Shown here: positions 1 to 9,697 of the stretch, piece after piece
Position numbering within the stretch: the first letter of the stretch is position 1
Layout of the letters: each line of letters starts with the position of its first letter
Origin: Desulfobacterales bacterium
GTDB taxonomy: Bacteria > Desulfobacterota > Desulfobacteria > Desulfobacterales > UBA2174
Direction of reading: 5' to 3'
Length of the DNA: 64,000 nt
Assembly (NCBI GenBank): GCA_963668645.2
Contig: CAXXWC010000018.1
Span: 384,001-448,000, forward strand
The notes under the pieces: generated by a model
What the model was told of the DNA's origin: nothing
The model's database searches: none
What the model saw: the letters and a program-made list of their open reading frames with translations, nothing else
Program-made: the position numbers and the translations under genes

Positions 1-2943
1 ATCGGCCAGCAGGTGCGCCGCTTCATCCAGGGATCCGCTTTCGGCAAGCAGCAAACCCAGGGCCGTCAGGGCCGGTTCGTTGTCCGGGGCGAGCTTCACC
101 GCGGCGCGCAGGCTCTCGATGGCCCGGGTTTTCCTGCCGCCGGCAATACAGGCCAAAGCCAGGTTGTAGTGGTCGTCAGGGCCGGTTCGTTGTCCGGGGC
201 GGCCGGCGAGGCTCTCGATCGCCGGCCGGCCGCAATTCGATGGCCGGCGAATCGCCGCCGGCCGCTTGCCGATTGCGGCGATCTGAATTTCGGCGCAGGT
301 TCTTTTGAGCTCAGGCGCATTGAAGACCCCGTACGAGGGGACCAGGACGCGCCCGCAATAATTGGCAACTATTTGCCGGTAACGCGACTGCTGATCCTGT
401 TCCAGGCGCGGCCACGGCAGCACGTTGAACATGGGCACGTTGGCCGAGGTGGCAAATTGCACCAGATCCAGCAAGGTTTCGTAATCGTTGTGGCTGTCGA
501 AAAAGCGCTGGCTGGCCGGTGACAACCGGCGCCGGGCGGCGATGGCCCGTTCGATGTCCCCGCTGCCGTGGTAAAGCTTCATGGGGGCGGAAAACTCGAG
601 ATAGGGCCGGTCGTCCGTATGCACCGGCCCGGTTCCGAAAAAGCGCCTCAAATCCTCGGCCAGGATCAGGTGGACGAGAAAATCGAAGCCGGGAAGCGTG
701 ACCATGGTCGACCGCATGGCGTAGGCGGCATTCTGCCCGGCGACCTGCCAGTCGAATCCGCCTTCGTCGTTGTTGAACCCCATCATCAGGTAATCCACCG
801 GGCCGACTTTGACCAGGGCGCTGGTGGGAAAGACGGTGGCGAAGGTCCGGCCAAGGAGGAAAAAGGTCTCCTGGTCCATTTCATAGGCCTGGATCCACTG
901 GGCAAAGATCCCGTCGGCGGTCAGGTGGTGTCTGGCTAACCGGAAAAACTCCAGGGAGTAGAGATTGGCCAGTCCGGCCATCCAGGGATTGGACGGCTCG
1001 GAGATGATGACATCGTAGTTCTCGCGGGTCAGTGCCAGATGGTTGCGGCCGTCCTGGACGATCAGGCGCGCGCGCGGATCGTTCAGGCAGTGGTTGTTCC
1101 AGGGTGAAAAATAGCGCCGGCAGGCGGTGGTGACCGCCTCGTTGATCTCCAGGATGTCCAGCCGCTCGATCGGGTAGAGCAGCACCTCCCCGGCGGTCAT
1201 GCCGCTGGCCAGCCCCAGGAGCATGATGTTCCGGGCCCCGGGATGGAACAGCATGGGGATATGGGCCGAGAGCGACTGGGTGGATCGGTCCCCGTGGGAG
1301 GAGGCATCGGCTTTGCCGCTGTTGAACAGGGCCACTTCCACGGTCCCCAGGCTGGTGGTCTCCCTTTCCACCGTGGTAAATCCGCTGGCCCCCTCTCCCT
1401 GGAAGACAACCTTCAACCCCTGGCGATGGTCGGCAATCCGCCGCGCCCCGCCGACCAGGGCCGCTCCCCATCCGGTGCGGTCCAGCTCCGCCTGGAGCGC
1501 GCCGAAGTCGCGATACCACCCCCGGGAGAGCAGGTCGGTGCGCCAGCTTGGAAAATGGCCCGCTAACAGCCAGCCGGCTGCGAGCAAGCCGACCAAGGCC
1601 AGCCGGTACCGGCCGCTACGGTGGGCTGGCGCACCCAGATGGAGCAGTGCCAGTCCTGCCAGGGAAAACTGGAGTAAAATCACCAGCCGCAGCCCGTTCA
1701 TCTTGCCCAGCCAGGGGACGAGCACGAACCCGGCGGCGAAGGACCCGGCCAGGGCCCCCAGGGTGTTCAGGGCATAGGCGGTTCCCAGGCTGCGCCCCAT
1801 GGCGTGGAGCGATTTCACGTAGAGGCGGTTGACCAGCGGGAAGGCCGCGCCCAGAAAGAGGGTCGGGGCCAGCAGGAGGGCAAAGAGCACCAGGGACTGC
1901 ACCAGGACAAGGTGGAAAAACTGGCCCTGAAAGGTGTGGATCAGCTTGGCGAAAAAGAACTGGCCGTTGCCGAGGAGCTGGCTGACGGCCAGGGCCATGG
2001 CGGCGGCCGCCATCTGGGTGCCAGCCAGCCACCCCAGCGGATGGCGGGTCCTGTCCGCCACCCGGCCAAAGAGGATGCTGCCCACGGCCAGGCCGACGAT
2101 GAAGGTGGCCACCACGATGGTAAAACAGTAGGTCGTGGGCCCGGCGACAAGCCCCAGCAACCGGGTCCACAGCACTTCGTAGGCCATGGCGCAAAAGCCC
2201 GAAGTGGCAAAGATCGCCACTCCCCAGCGCGTCGGCCCCTTTGCGCCGTTGCCGGATCCCATGGTCCCGGCCTTGCCGGACGCGGCCTTGCGCGGATCAT
2301 GGCCCCGGTTTTCATCGACGGGCAAAAGCCGCGAGAGCAAAACGCAGCAGAGCCCGATCACGCCGTTGATGCAGGCAAAAAGCAGCAGGCTGTTGCTCAC
2401 GCCCAGGGTTTTGATGAGCACGAATCCGCACAGCACCACCCCCAGGGCCGCGCCCACGGTGTTCAGGCCGTAAAGCCATCCGGTTCGCGAGCCGATATGC
2501 TCCAGGCGCAGGACATAAAAGCGGCACAGCACCGGCAGGGTGGCGCCCATCAAGGCGGCGGGCACCAGCAAAATGAGGACGCAACCGGCGAAGGCCGTGG
2601 CCTGGTAGCACCAGAATTGGTCCAGGAGCCGGTCGTAGATCATCCGGTAGACCGGCTGGATGGCCCTGACCAGCAGGGGCACGAACAGGGCGCAGAGCCC
2701 GATGCCGATTTCCATGGCCCCGTACAGGGCCAGGAGTCTGCCGCGCCGGGCGATCCGGTCCACCGTCCGCCCGGAGAGGTAGCTGCCCAGGGCCAGCCCG
2801 GCCATGAAGACCGAAAGCACCGTGGCCACGGCAAACGGGGCGCTGCCGAAAACCTTGTCGATCAGGCGGACCCAGATGACTTCATAGACCAGGCCGGCGG
2901 CACCGGAGAGGAAAAAACAGGCGGCCACGAAGGCAGAGAGCAT
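1..2943 (-). CDS. Fused membrane (MFS-like)/spermidine-synthase-like SAM-binding protein with C-terminal TPR repeats; runs off the left window edge
   Basis: Manual translation from ATG 2943 (possible upstream TTG near 2991) gives MLSAFVAACFFLSGAAGLVYEVIWVR, with a second FATFGFCAMAYEVLWTR repeat, LGLASGMT, DGRNHL, YDVIISEPSNPW and TPR-like HYNLALAC...LAPDNEPAL. Not in the ORF track because there is no stop in the window. Confidence 0.85.
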   Translation of the reverse strand, partial: MLSAFVAACFFLSGAAGLVYEVIWVRLIDKVFGSAPFAVATVLSVFMAGLALGSYLSGRTVDRIARRGRLLALYGAMEIGIGLCALFVPLLVRAIQPVYRMIYDRLLDQFWCYQATAFAGCVLILLVPAALMGATLPVLCRFYVLRLEHIGSRTGWLYGLNTVGAALGVVLCGFVLIKTLGVSNSLLLFACINGVIGLCCVLLSRLLPVDENRGHDPRKAASGKAGTMGSGNGAKGPTRWGVAIFATSGFCAMAYEVLWTRLLGLVAGPTTYCFTIVVATFIVGLAVGSILFGRVADRTRHPLGWLAGTQMAAAAMALAVSQLLGNGQFFFAKLIHTFQGQFFHLVLVQSLVLFALLLAPTLFLGAAFPLVNRLYVKSLHAMGRSLGTAYALNTLGALAGSFAAGFVLVPWLGKMNGLRLVILLQFSLAGLALLHLGAPAHRSGRYRLALVGLLAAGWLLAGHFPSWRTDLLSRGWYRDFGALQAELDRTGWGAALVGGARRIADHRQGLKVVFQGEGASGFTTVERETTSLGTVEVALFNSGKADASSHGDRSTQSLSAHIPMLFHPGARNIMLLGLASGMTAGEVLLYPIERLDILEINEAVTTACRRYFSPWNNHCLNDPRARLIVQDGRNHLALTRENYDVIISEPSNPWMAGLANLYSLEFFRLARHHLTADGIFAQWIQAYEMDQETFFLLGRTFATVFPTSALVKVGPVDYLMMGFNNDEGGFDWQVAGQNAAYAMRSTMVTLPGFDFLVHLILAEDLRRFFGTGPVHTDDRPYLEFSAPMKLYHGSGDIERAIAARRRLSPASQRFFDSHNDYETLLDLVQFATSANVPMFNVLPWPRLEQDQQSRYRQIVANYCGRVLVPSYGVFNAPELKRTCAEIQIAAIGKRPAAIRRPSNCGRPAIESLAGRPGQRTGPDDHYNLALACIAGGRKTRAIESLRAAVKLAPDNEPALTALGLLLAESGSLDEAAHLLAD

Positions 2944-3016
2944 TTTTCCGTCAGCGACGGGGAGCCTGGGGTGGGGCGGGAAGTATTTCAATTTTTCACC
3001 GAAGGCCGGGGCAGAT

Positions 3017-3475
3017 TCAAAGCCGGGTCGAGCGCCGGGCTTTCCAGCCGTAAATAAATCCGCACAAGCCGAAAATGATCGACAACCCGGCGACCACCTG
3101 CAGCGGGCGGTCCATGGCACTGCGGGCCGGGGCGGCCGGAGCGGTGGCGGCCGCCGGGGCTCCGGTTTCGGAAGTTACCGTGAAGTCCAGGGCCAGACGG
3201 TGGCCCATCCCGTCGCTGACCACGGCCAGCCAGGGGCCGGGAGTGTCCGTTTTGACCGTGAAACAGCCGTTGCGGTCGGTACGGCCGGTCTGAAAGGCCA
3301 CTTCGGTCTGGGGGGCCGTGATTTCAACGGCGGCGTAACTCATCGGTTCACCGTCATCGTAGCGGGCCGTGACGCAATGGGCCGTGGTCTGATCGACGCT
3401 GCCCTCGACGCCGTGGCACCAGCCGGTGGCAGCGGTCAGCAAGGACGCCGCGACGATGATGAAAAAGGTTCTCAT
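3017..3475 (-). CDS. CbiL/NikL-like exported, membrane-anchored nickel/cobalt transport accessory protein
   Basis: Signal peptide then HGVEG; YDDGEPMSYA, QTGRTDRNGCF, W...SDGMGH; C-terminal TM helix. Confidence 0.7.
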   Translation of the reverse strand: MRTFFIIVAASLLTAATGWCHGVEGSVDQTTAHCVTARYDDGEPMSYAAVEITAPQTEVAFQTGRTDRNGCFTVKTDTPGPWLAVVSDGMGHRLALDFTVTSETGAPAAATAPAAPARSAMDRPLQVVAGLSIIFGLCGFIYGWKARRSTRL

Positions 3476-3529
3476 CTTTTTTGCCTTTCGATGGGGACGA
3501 ATGCCTTCCGTTTCATCCGGCCCCGGTCT

Positions 3530-4930
3530 TCAGTCCGTCTTTCCGGAAGGTTCGTCTTTCGGCCGCTGCAAACGGTCGAAATAAAGGTAGGCCACAACCC
3601 CCAGGCCGATGGTGCCGAGTCCGAACAGGGCTGTGATGGGTCGACTCTTGATGGAAAAGAAGATGATCCAAAGGTTGCCCAGAATGAACAGCAGGGGGGT
3701 GAGCGGATAACCGAAGGTCCGGTAGGCCCCGGCGGCCGGTGGCGAGTGCCGGCGGACGCGCATCAGGCCGATGACTGCCAGCATGGCGAACAGCGAAAGG
3801 GTAAAACCGATATAGAGCAGCAGGCTTTCAAAGGAGGCCGAGACCACCATCACGACGGCGATTACGGCCTGCAATAAGATGGATGCCCCGGGCGTGCGGC
3901 GGTCCGGGGCCAGGCGGCCGAAGACCGGAAAGAAGAGCCGGTCCCCGGACATGGCGAAGTAGATCCGGGGGCCGGTGAGGATCATGGCGCTGATGACCGA
4001 CAAAAGCCCCAGGGCCACGGCGCCGCTGAAAAAACGGCTTGTGCCGTAACCGAAAAGCGATGCCGCCGCCTTGTCACCGATTTCCATAATCCCCTGCATG
4101 GCCTGGGGAGGCAGGGCGTAAAGATAGACGATGTTCAGCGCCACATAGAGGATCACCACGATGGTGGTGCCCGCAAAGAGCGCAAGCGGGATATTCCTTT
4201 GCGGCTCGATGATTTCGTCGCCCAGGTAGGCGGCGGCGTTCCAGCCGCTGTAGGCAAAGGAGACGAAGATTAGGGCCACGGCGAACTTCTCGGCGGACCA
4301 GCAAAGCGGGGCCGGTGCCGAGAAATGTGCGCCGGAGCCATTGCCCACCAAGAATCCGGCGCCGATGAAGACCACCACCAGGATGAACTTGAACAGGGTC
4401 AGGGCGTTTTGCACCCGGCTGCCCACCTTCAGGCTGTGGTAGTGGATCAGGGAAAAGAGCACGATCACGCCGATGGCGGTCAGGGTCAAAGGCGTGAGGG
4501 TCGCCAGGCAAACGCCGCCCAGGGCGAGCCTCAATCCGCCTCCAGCACCAGGGATGGAAAATGTCCGGAACAGATAGGTGGCAAAGGCCATCGAGGCGGC
4601 CGCGATGGGCGCGGAAAAACCCACGATCAGGGAGATCCAGCCGGACAAGAATCCCACCGGCCGGCCCAGGCTTTCCCTTAAAAAGACATACTCTCCCCCG
4701 GCCCGGGGGAACCTGGCCCCCAACTCCCCGTAGCAAAGGGCGCCGCACAGGGCGAAGAGGCCGCCGCACAGCCAGCACAGGAGCAGTGCGCGCGGGTCGC
4801 CGAGTTCGGCCATGATAAACCCGGAAGTGGTAAAAATGCCGGTGCCGACCATGTTAGCCACCACCAGGGCCGTTGCCGAAAACCACCCCATTTCCCGTTT
4901 CAATCCCACGGCGTTGAACGACTTTTTCAT
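3530..4930 (-). CDS. APC-family amino acid/polyamine permease
   Basis: VVANMVGTGIFTTSG, YGELGARFPRAGGEY, FAYSGWN, multiple TM helices; ATG 4930 preferred to the upstream start that overlaps the next gene. Confidence 0.9.
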   Translation of the reverse strand: MKKSFNAVGLKREMGWFSATALVVANMVGTGIFTTSGFIMAELGDPRALLLCWLCGGLFALCGALCYGELGARFPRAGGEYVFLRESLGRPVGFLSGWISLIVGFSAPIAAASMAFATYLFRTFSIPGAGGGLRLALGGVCLATLTPLTLTAIGVIVLFSLIHYHSLKVGSRVQNALTLFKFILVVVFIGAGFLVGNGSGAHFSAPAPLCWSAEKFAVALIFVSFAYSGWNAAAYLGDEIIEPQRNIPLALFAGTTIVVILYVALNIVYLYALPPQAMQGIMEIGDKAAASLFGYGTSRFFSGAVALGLLSVISAMILTGPRIYFAMSGDRLFFPVFGRLAPDRRTPGASILLQAVIAVVMVVSASFESLLLYIGFTLSLFAMLAVIGLMRVRRHSPPAAGAYRTFGYPLTPLLFILGNLWIIFFSIKSRPITALFGLGTIGLGVVAYLYFDRLQRPKDEPSGKTD

Positions 4931-4973
4931 CCTGGTGCCCCTACGGTTGCGGCCCGGTTGTCCTGAAATACGA

Positions 4974-5813
4974 CTACTGCATGAAATCGCCGACGTAGAC
5001 CAGATGCTCAAAGGGGAAGGGTTGGCCTTTGACCTTGTCGATGATGGTGTCCAGGCGGCCCTTGACGATGCGCTCCTTTTGCTTGTAGCCGGCGTGGAAC
5101 ACGATGGCGATGGGGGTTTCGACGGGGTAGTGGCTTTTGAGCTTCTCTACCAGTTCATCGAATTTGGTGTGCATGGTGAAGATCACCATGGTGGGGTGGG
5201 AGGCGGCCAGCTTGTCGATTTCGCGGTAGGTGGTCAGCACCGCCGAATGATTTTGCCGGCCCGACATGATCTCCTTGCCCATGGCCGCGTTGGCCGCGTT
5301 GAAACAACTCACCCCGGGAACGATTTTGGGATTCAGGTCCTTGAATTCATCGAGGTACCAGTGGTAGGGGCCGCCATAGATCATCAGGTCGCCGCTGCCC
5401 AGCACCGAAACCGTTTTACCCGCTTTGACCGCGGATCGGATCTGTTGGATCAATTGGGCCCGTGCATCCGCTCTTTTCTGGCATTCGGCCCGTTCTTCGG
5501 GATTCTCGATGGAGGCGCAATCCTTGTGGCGGGTGCGCCAGCCGGCCAGGGAGGGGTCCAGGATGGTCTTGCTGTTCAAATATTCGGCGAATTCTTTCTT
5601 TTCCCTGTCCCGGCAGATGATGACATCCGAGGCTTTGATGGTGTTGACGGCCCGCAACGTGATCAGATCCGGATCCCCAACACCGAGGCTCACCAGGTAA
5701 AAATGGCTGCCATCGGCCTGATCCTGGGCCGTGGCGGCGCTGGCCGCGGTGGCCAGCGCAATACACATCGCGACAAGCACATAGATCGCTGTTTTCGATC
5801 TGCTGATTTTCAT
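4974..5813 (-). CDS. Tetrapyrrole (precorrin/CobM-CbiF-like) SAM-dependent methylase homologue with N-terminal signal peptide
   Basis: YLVSLGVGDPDLITLRA, GSGDLMIYGG and VPGVSCFNAANA motifs; MKISRSKTAIYVLVAMCIALATAASA leader; GGAGG RBS before ATG 5813. Confidence 0.8.
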   Translation of the reverse strand: MKISRSKTAIYVLVAMCIALATAASAATAQDQADGSHFYLVSLGVGDPDLITLRAVNTIKASDVIICRDREKKEFAEYLNSKTILDPSLAGWRTRHKDCASIENPEERAECQKRADARAQLIQQIRSAVKAGKTVSVLGSGDLMIYGGPYHWYLDEFKDLNPKIVPGVSCFNAANAAMGKEIMSGRQNHSAVLTTYREIDKLAASHPTMVIFTMHTKFDELVEKLKSHYPVETPIAIVFHAGYKQKERIVKGRLDTIIDKVKGQPFPFEHLVYVGDFMQ

Positions 5814-5880
5814 GGGTGCCTCCATACCAGAACCCAGTCAGGCGGTAGACGGATAAAACGTCAAGGGGGGTGCCGCGCGG

Positions 5881-6726
5881 CTATTTGCCCACCTTAAAAG
5901 TAAAAGCCATGTTGTAGCTATGCTCATCGCAGGTGCCCGCATCCTCAAAGGGGCAGCGATGGGAGAGCATGATCATCCAGTAGCCGCCCTTGTCCAGCTG
6001 CAGTGCGGCCTTGCCCTGGGCGTCGGTCTGGGTTTGCACCGGGAAATGATGGCTGTGCCCTTTTGAGGGTCTTTTCCCATCCTTGCCGGGGGCGGCCGGT
6101 TTGGGAGGCGCACCTTGTTCGCTTTCAAACCCGGCATAGGTGGCCCTTACGGTGGTATCGGCAAGGGGCTTGCCTTCGTACAGAACCTGGATGCTCAGCG
6201 TGTCGCCCGGTTTCATGCGGCTCAGGTCGTTTTGGGGAATCACCTCCAGCCCTTGGCCGGCCGGACGGGTGAGGTTGGTGTCCTTTGCGCCGGCGATGAG
6301 CACGGTCTTGGCCTGGATATGGAAGTTGGTGCACTTGACGGCGTTGGCCACCTCTTTCTTGTTACCCCATTTGCGCCCTTGCGGGGTGTTGGTGAAAAAG
6401 CCGGACTTGATCCTGGCGCTGACCAGATAGGCGCCCGGTTTGTCGATTTTAAGCTGATAAAGATCGGCTGACACCTTGGTCAGGTCGACGGTCTTGCCAT
6501 CGGGGTCCACCGCCGTGATGTTTTCCACGCGGCCGTCCTTTACCTCCTGGTCGATCCGGTTGGCCGGATACGTGTGACCCCAGCCGATGCCGATATCCAC
6601 GGTGGTGCCGACCTGGGGAAAGTGGTCGGCCGGATTGAGCCACAAGTTGTGCGCCGCAACGGGGGGGCAGAACGCGATGAGGCAAACGGCGGTAAGCAGC
6701 AGGACGATCAGCGATTTTCTATTCAT
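5881..6726 (-). CDS. DUF4198 (NikM-associated) periplasmic metal-uptake protein
   Basis: Signal peptide then AHNLWL, IGWGH, GLEVIP, QTDAQGKA, GYWMI; start MNRKSLIV at 6726. Confidence 0.85.
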   Translation of the reverse strand: MNRKSLIVLLLTAVCLIAFCPPVAAHNLWLNPADHFPQVGTTVDIGIGWGHTYPANRIDQEVKDGRVENITAVDPDGKTVDLTKVSADLYQLKIDKPGAYLVSARIKSGFFTNTPQGRKWGNKKEVANAVKCTNFHIQAKTVLIAGAKDTNLTRPAGQGLEVIPQNDLSRMKPGDTLSIQVLYEGKPLADTTVRATYAGFESEQGAPPKPAAPGKDGKRPSKGHSHHFPVQTQTDAQGKAALQLDKGGYWMIMLSHRCPFEDAGTCDEHSYNMAFTFKVGK

Positions 6727-6885
6727 TTGATTTCTCCGATATTTGGAATGGTTTTTCCCGGTTGTGCGTGCCCCACCCCGGCCAGCGCCGCCTCTTTGCC
6801 TTCCTGGCGGGCTGGGGACCGGGGTGGGAGAAACCGTATTCGATGATCCAGGTTTCAGCATCGGTTGGCGGCGTATCCGGTACGG

Positions 6886-9045
6886 TTAGAACCGGACGTC
6901 GAAGACGACGCCGAAGGTGCGGTCCGTGGCCAGGTACCCCCGCGAATCGTAGTACTCCTCGTCGAAGAGGTTCTTGCAGTAAAGCTGCAGCCGGGCGTTC
7001 TTCATGTGCCATTTATTTTTGAAAAGGGTCTGTTCCACGGCGAAATTGAAAAGGCTGTAGGCCGGGTTGTCCTCTATACGCCAATCGTAGATGGGGTCGC
7101 CATTGTCATCGTCGTTGATGTACGTTGAGATCTCCTGGGTCTCATCGCTTTGATAGGAGTAATCCAGTTTCAGGGCGGTGTTGTCGAAAAGCTGGTAGCG
7201 CAGGCCGGCGGTGACGCGGTGTTCCGCCTCATCGTCCAGTTCGGTTTTGCCGGCCGGTTCATCGCCCTGGTTGTCGAAATGCTGCCAGGCGTACGTCAGG
7301 TAGAAGGAGAGGTCGTCGAGCAGGTGGCCGCCCAGATTGATTTCCACCCCGTGGCGGTAGACCTCGTCCAGGTTGATCTTATAGTCGCTGAAGAGCAGGT
7401 TGGGATCAACCCCCGACCCCGGCTTGATCTTGGTGAATTGGGCATAGCTTCTGTTGCTGGCGATATAGTCCTTGATCTGGTAAAAGGAGTAGTCGACCAT
7501 CAGCGAGATGTCGCGCCACAGGCGCCGGTTGAGCACCAGGTCGTAGCCCATGCCGTGTTCCGGATCCAGCCAGGCCCCGGCCGGCTGGCCCTGGGGGTTG
7601 TAATCCCCGTGGCTGTCCGGCGCGTGCCAGATCTTGCTGACCCCCAGCGAGAGGGATGTGTCCCGCAGCCATTCGGCCATGTGGTCCATCTTCAAGGTGG
7701 TATAGGATTTGGGCACCAACTGGTTCCAGTTGCGCTCGATCCAATCTCCCCGGTTGGGAATCCCGCGGTTGCTGACCCAGATGGTCACATCCTCGTTGCG
7801 CAGCCCCAGTTTCACGTCCAGATAGGAGGTGATGTTCCACTGGTGCTGGAAATAGGTGCCCTTTTTCTCGACCCGTTCATGCTTGTCCGAGCCGTCGTAC
7901 AGCTTGGCATAGTCGAAACCGATGGTGCTGACATGGTTCGGCGACCACTGGTATTCGTCCTGGATCTTGCCGCCTTTCTGGCGCCAGCAGGTTAACCCCG
8001 AAGTGAACTTTGTGCCCAGGGAAACGTTATTTTTATTGATCAACTCGTAGTAGGCCCGATCGCGATCCTCCATGCTGCTGTAAGCCGAAAAGGTCAGGCG
8101 GCCGACGGGAAGATTCTGCATGTAATCCAGGCGATAGTTCCAGGCCTCCTTGTCCCAGGTGGGGCCCTGCCAGGGGTCGAAAAGGGAAGCCGTTACCTCC
8201 GGGTAGTCCGGGTCGAAGTCGCTGCCGGTGTTGTTTACGGTCGCTTTGCGGTCAATATCCGATTGCGAACCGTTGAAGTTGATGTACCCCTGGTAGGGCA
8301 GCAGCACGCCCAAGCTGCCCGAATAGGTCTCGATATCGGTTTCGTTGTTGCGCAGGTACCCGTCGGTGGTGTTTTTATTCACCCCCAGGCTGTAGGTCAT
8401 CGTGTCCACGGCACCGTTCATGCTGAATTTGTAGTTCTGGGTGTTGTAAGAGCCGTAACTGGTACTCAGTTTGGCATCCGGTTTGAGGGTGTCCCGGCGT
8501 TTGGGGGGCTGGGTGACGATATTGACCACGCCGCCGATGCTCTTGCTGTCGAACAGGGCCGAGTGGGGGCCGGCGATGATTTCGATTTTTTCGATGGGCA
8601 ACGGTGACAGCAGGCTGTAGTCCACGATGTGGGACCCCTTGCGCCCGCCGGTTTTCTGGACGGTCAACCCGTCCACGGCCATCACGAAACGGTTGCTGGA
8701 AAAGCCGCGCATGGTCAAGGTGTCGCTGTCGGGCACCAGATCCGTCTCACCGCGGAAGTCGATGATGGCCTGGGTCTTGAGCAGGTCCTGGATATTGTTC
8801 TGCGGGCCGATGGACGAAAAATCCTCCACCTCGATGGTGGTTTTGGAGGGGCTTGTTGCAAGGCCCGGTGCCCCGCCTTTTTCCTTGACGACGATGGTCT
8901 CCAGTTTCTTGACCGATTCTTCGGCGGGCGCCGTCGTCGCCTCGGATTGCGCATCGGTCTGTTGCGCATGGGCGGGCCAACTGGTGCAAATGCCGATCGC
9001 CAGACAGAGAAAAACCGATGCCGCCGCCTTACCAATCCTTTTCAT
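6886..9045 (-). CDS. TonB-dependent outer-membrane receptor
   Basis: Signal peptide, LETIVV TonB box, MRGFSSNRF...IEKIEIIAGPHSALF...GGVVNIVT plug, KNLFDEEY and C-terminal F. Confidence 0.93.
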   Translation of the reverse strand: MKRIGKAAASVFLCLAIGICTSWPAHAQQTDAQSEATTAPAEESVKKLETIVVKEKGGAPGLATSPSKTTIEVEDFSSIGPQNNIQDLLKTQAIIDFRGETDLVPDSDTLTMRGFSSNRFVMAVDGLTVQKTGGRKGSHIVDYSLLSPLPIEKIEIIAGPHSALFDSKSIGGVVNIVTQPPKRRDTLKPDAKLSTSYGSYNTQNYKFSMNGAVDTMTYSLGVNKNTTDGYLRNNETDIETYSGSLGVLLPYQGYINFNGSQSDIDRKATVNNTGSDFDPDYPEVTASLFDPWQGPTWDKEAWNYRLDYMQNLPVGRLTFSAYSSMEDRDRAYYELINKNNVSLGTKFTSGLTCWRQKGGKIQDEYQWSPNHVSTIGFDYAKLYDGSDKHERVEKKGTYFQHQWNITSYLDVKLGLRNEDVTIWVSNRGIPNRGDWIERNWNQLVPKSYTTLKMDHMAEWLRDTSLSLGVSKIWHAPDSHGDYNPQGQPAGAWLDPEHGMGYDLVLNRRLWRDISLMVDYSFYQIKDYIASNRSYAQFTKIKPGSGVDPNLLFSDYKINLDEVYRHGVEINLGGHLLDDLSFYLTYAWQHFDNQGDEPAGKTELDDEAEHRVTAGLRYQLFDNTALKLDYSYQSDETQEISTYINDDDNGDPIYDWRIEDNPAYSLFNFAVEQTLFKNKWHMKNARLQLYCKNLFDEEYYDSRGYLATDRTFGVVFDVRF

Positions 9046-9273
9046 TTCCTAAGCTCCCCCTTTCTTGCTTCGCCGTTGGTGAGTGACTGCCGGCAATCGG
9101 CATCGGAATTGACGCCTGGGGAGCTCAGGTGTAAAGATAACGAAGCTCCCCTTGCCGGGGATGCTGATCTGAAGGCAGCCGAAACGTCCTGGCCGGGATG
9201 CGGCTGCCTTCTTTTATCGGCGATCATATAAGAATCGGCACGGTGCCGATTTTGAACGCATCGGTCCTTTTGA

Positions 9274-9328
9274 AAATAAAAAAGCCATGAAGACAGGAGG
9301 GAACAACTCTCCCCCAGCCTCCATGGCT
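9274..9328 (-). terminator. Leader intrinsic terminator/attenuator upstream of the first TonB receptor
   Basis: Minus strand AGCCATGGAGGC...GTCTTCATGGCT stem followed by a U-tract (TTTTTATTT). Confidence 0.65.
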
Positions 9329-9425
9329 GCATTACAACGTTAGTTGCTTATCGATTATTCTATTTGTTAGGTGTCTATTAAGGTGAGCGCCCTCGTTGCG
9401 CCCTTTTCGTTTTCGCTTAATAGAT

Positions 9426-9459
9426 TGTGGGCTATAGCCCACAGTGGTGGAGCTGTCAA
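9426..9459 (-). promoter_or_regulatory. Putative sigma70 promoter with a perfect 18-bp palindrome over the -10 region
   Basis: Minus-strand TTGACA (9459-9454), 17 bp, TATAGC; palindrome TGTGGGCTATAGCCCACA at 9426-9443. Confidence 0.5.
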
Positions 9460-9594
9460 GAAAATTAGGGGCGCTGTTTTGCCTCTCCTGCCGCAAGCGC
9501 TGCAGCCGGCACTGCAGATTGTATCCTTGGAGGGTATGGCGTACCACGGTCGGCATCGTTGATGCGGCCTCGGTTTGCGTTTGACGAATGGCCC

Positions 9595-9629
9595 AAAAAA
9601 AATCCCGGATCGCCAATGATCCGGGATTT
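9595..9629 (-). terminator. Intrinsic terminator, probable riboswitch expression platform
   Basis: AAATCCCGGATC-6nt-GATCCGGGATTT hairpin followed by a U-tract on the minus strand, about 70 nt downstream of the B12 box. Confidence 0.75.
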
Positions 9630-9697
9630 CCCTGTTCTATTCGCAGATTACTTGTGGCCGCCACACCTTCCCCGAGGTGGTGGTGGTCACACATTTT

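Noticed and set aside
9332..9694. His-rich leader peptide ORF MCDHHH
   Set aside because: No RBS seen; overlaps the riboswitch terminator and internal promoter; no recognisable domain
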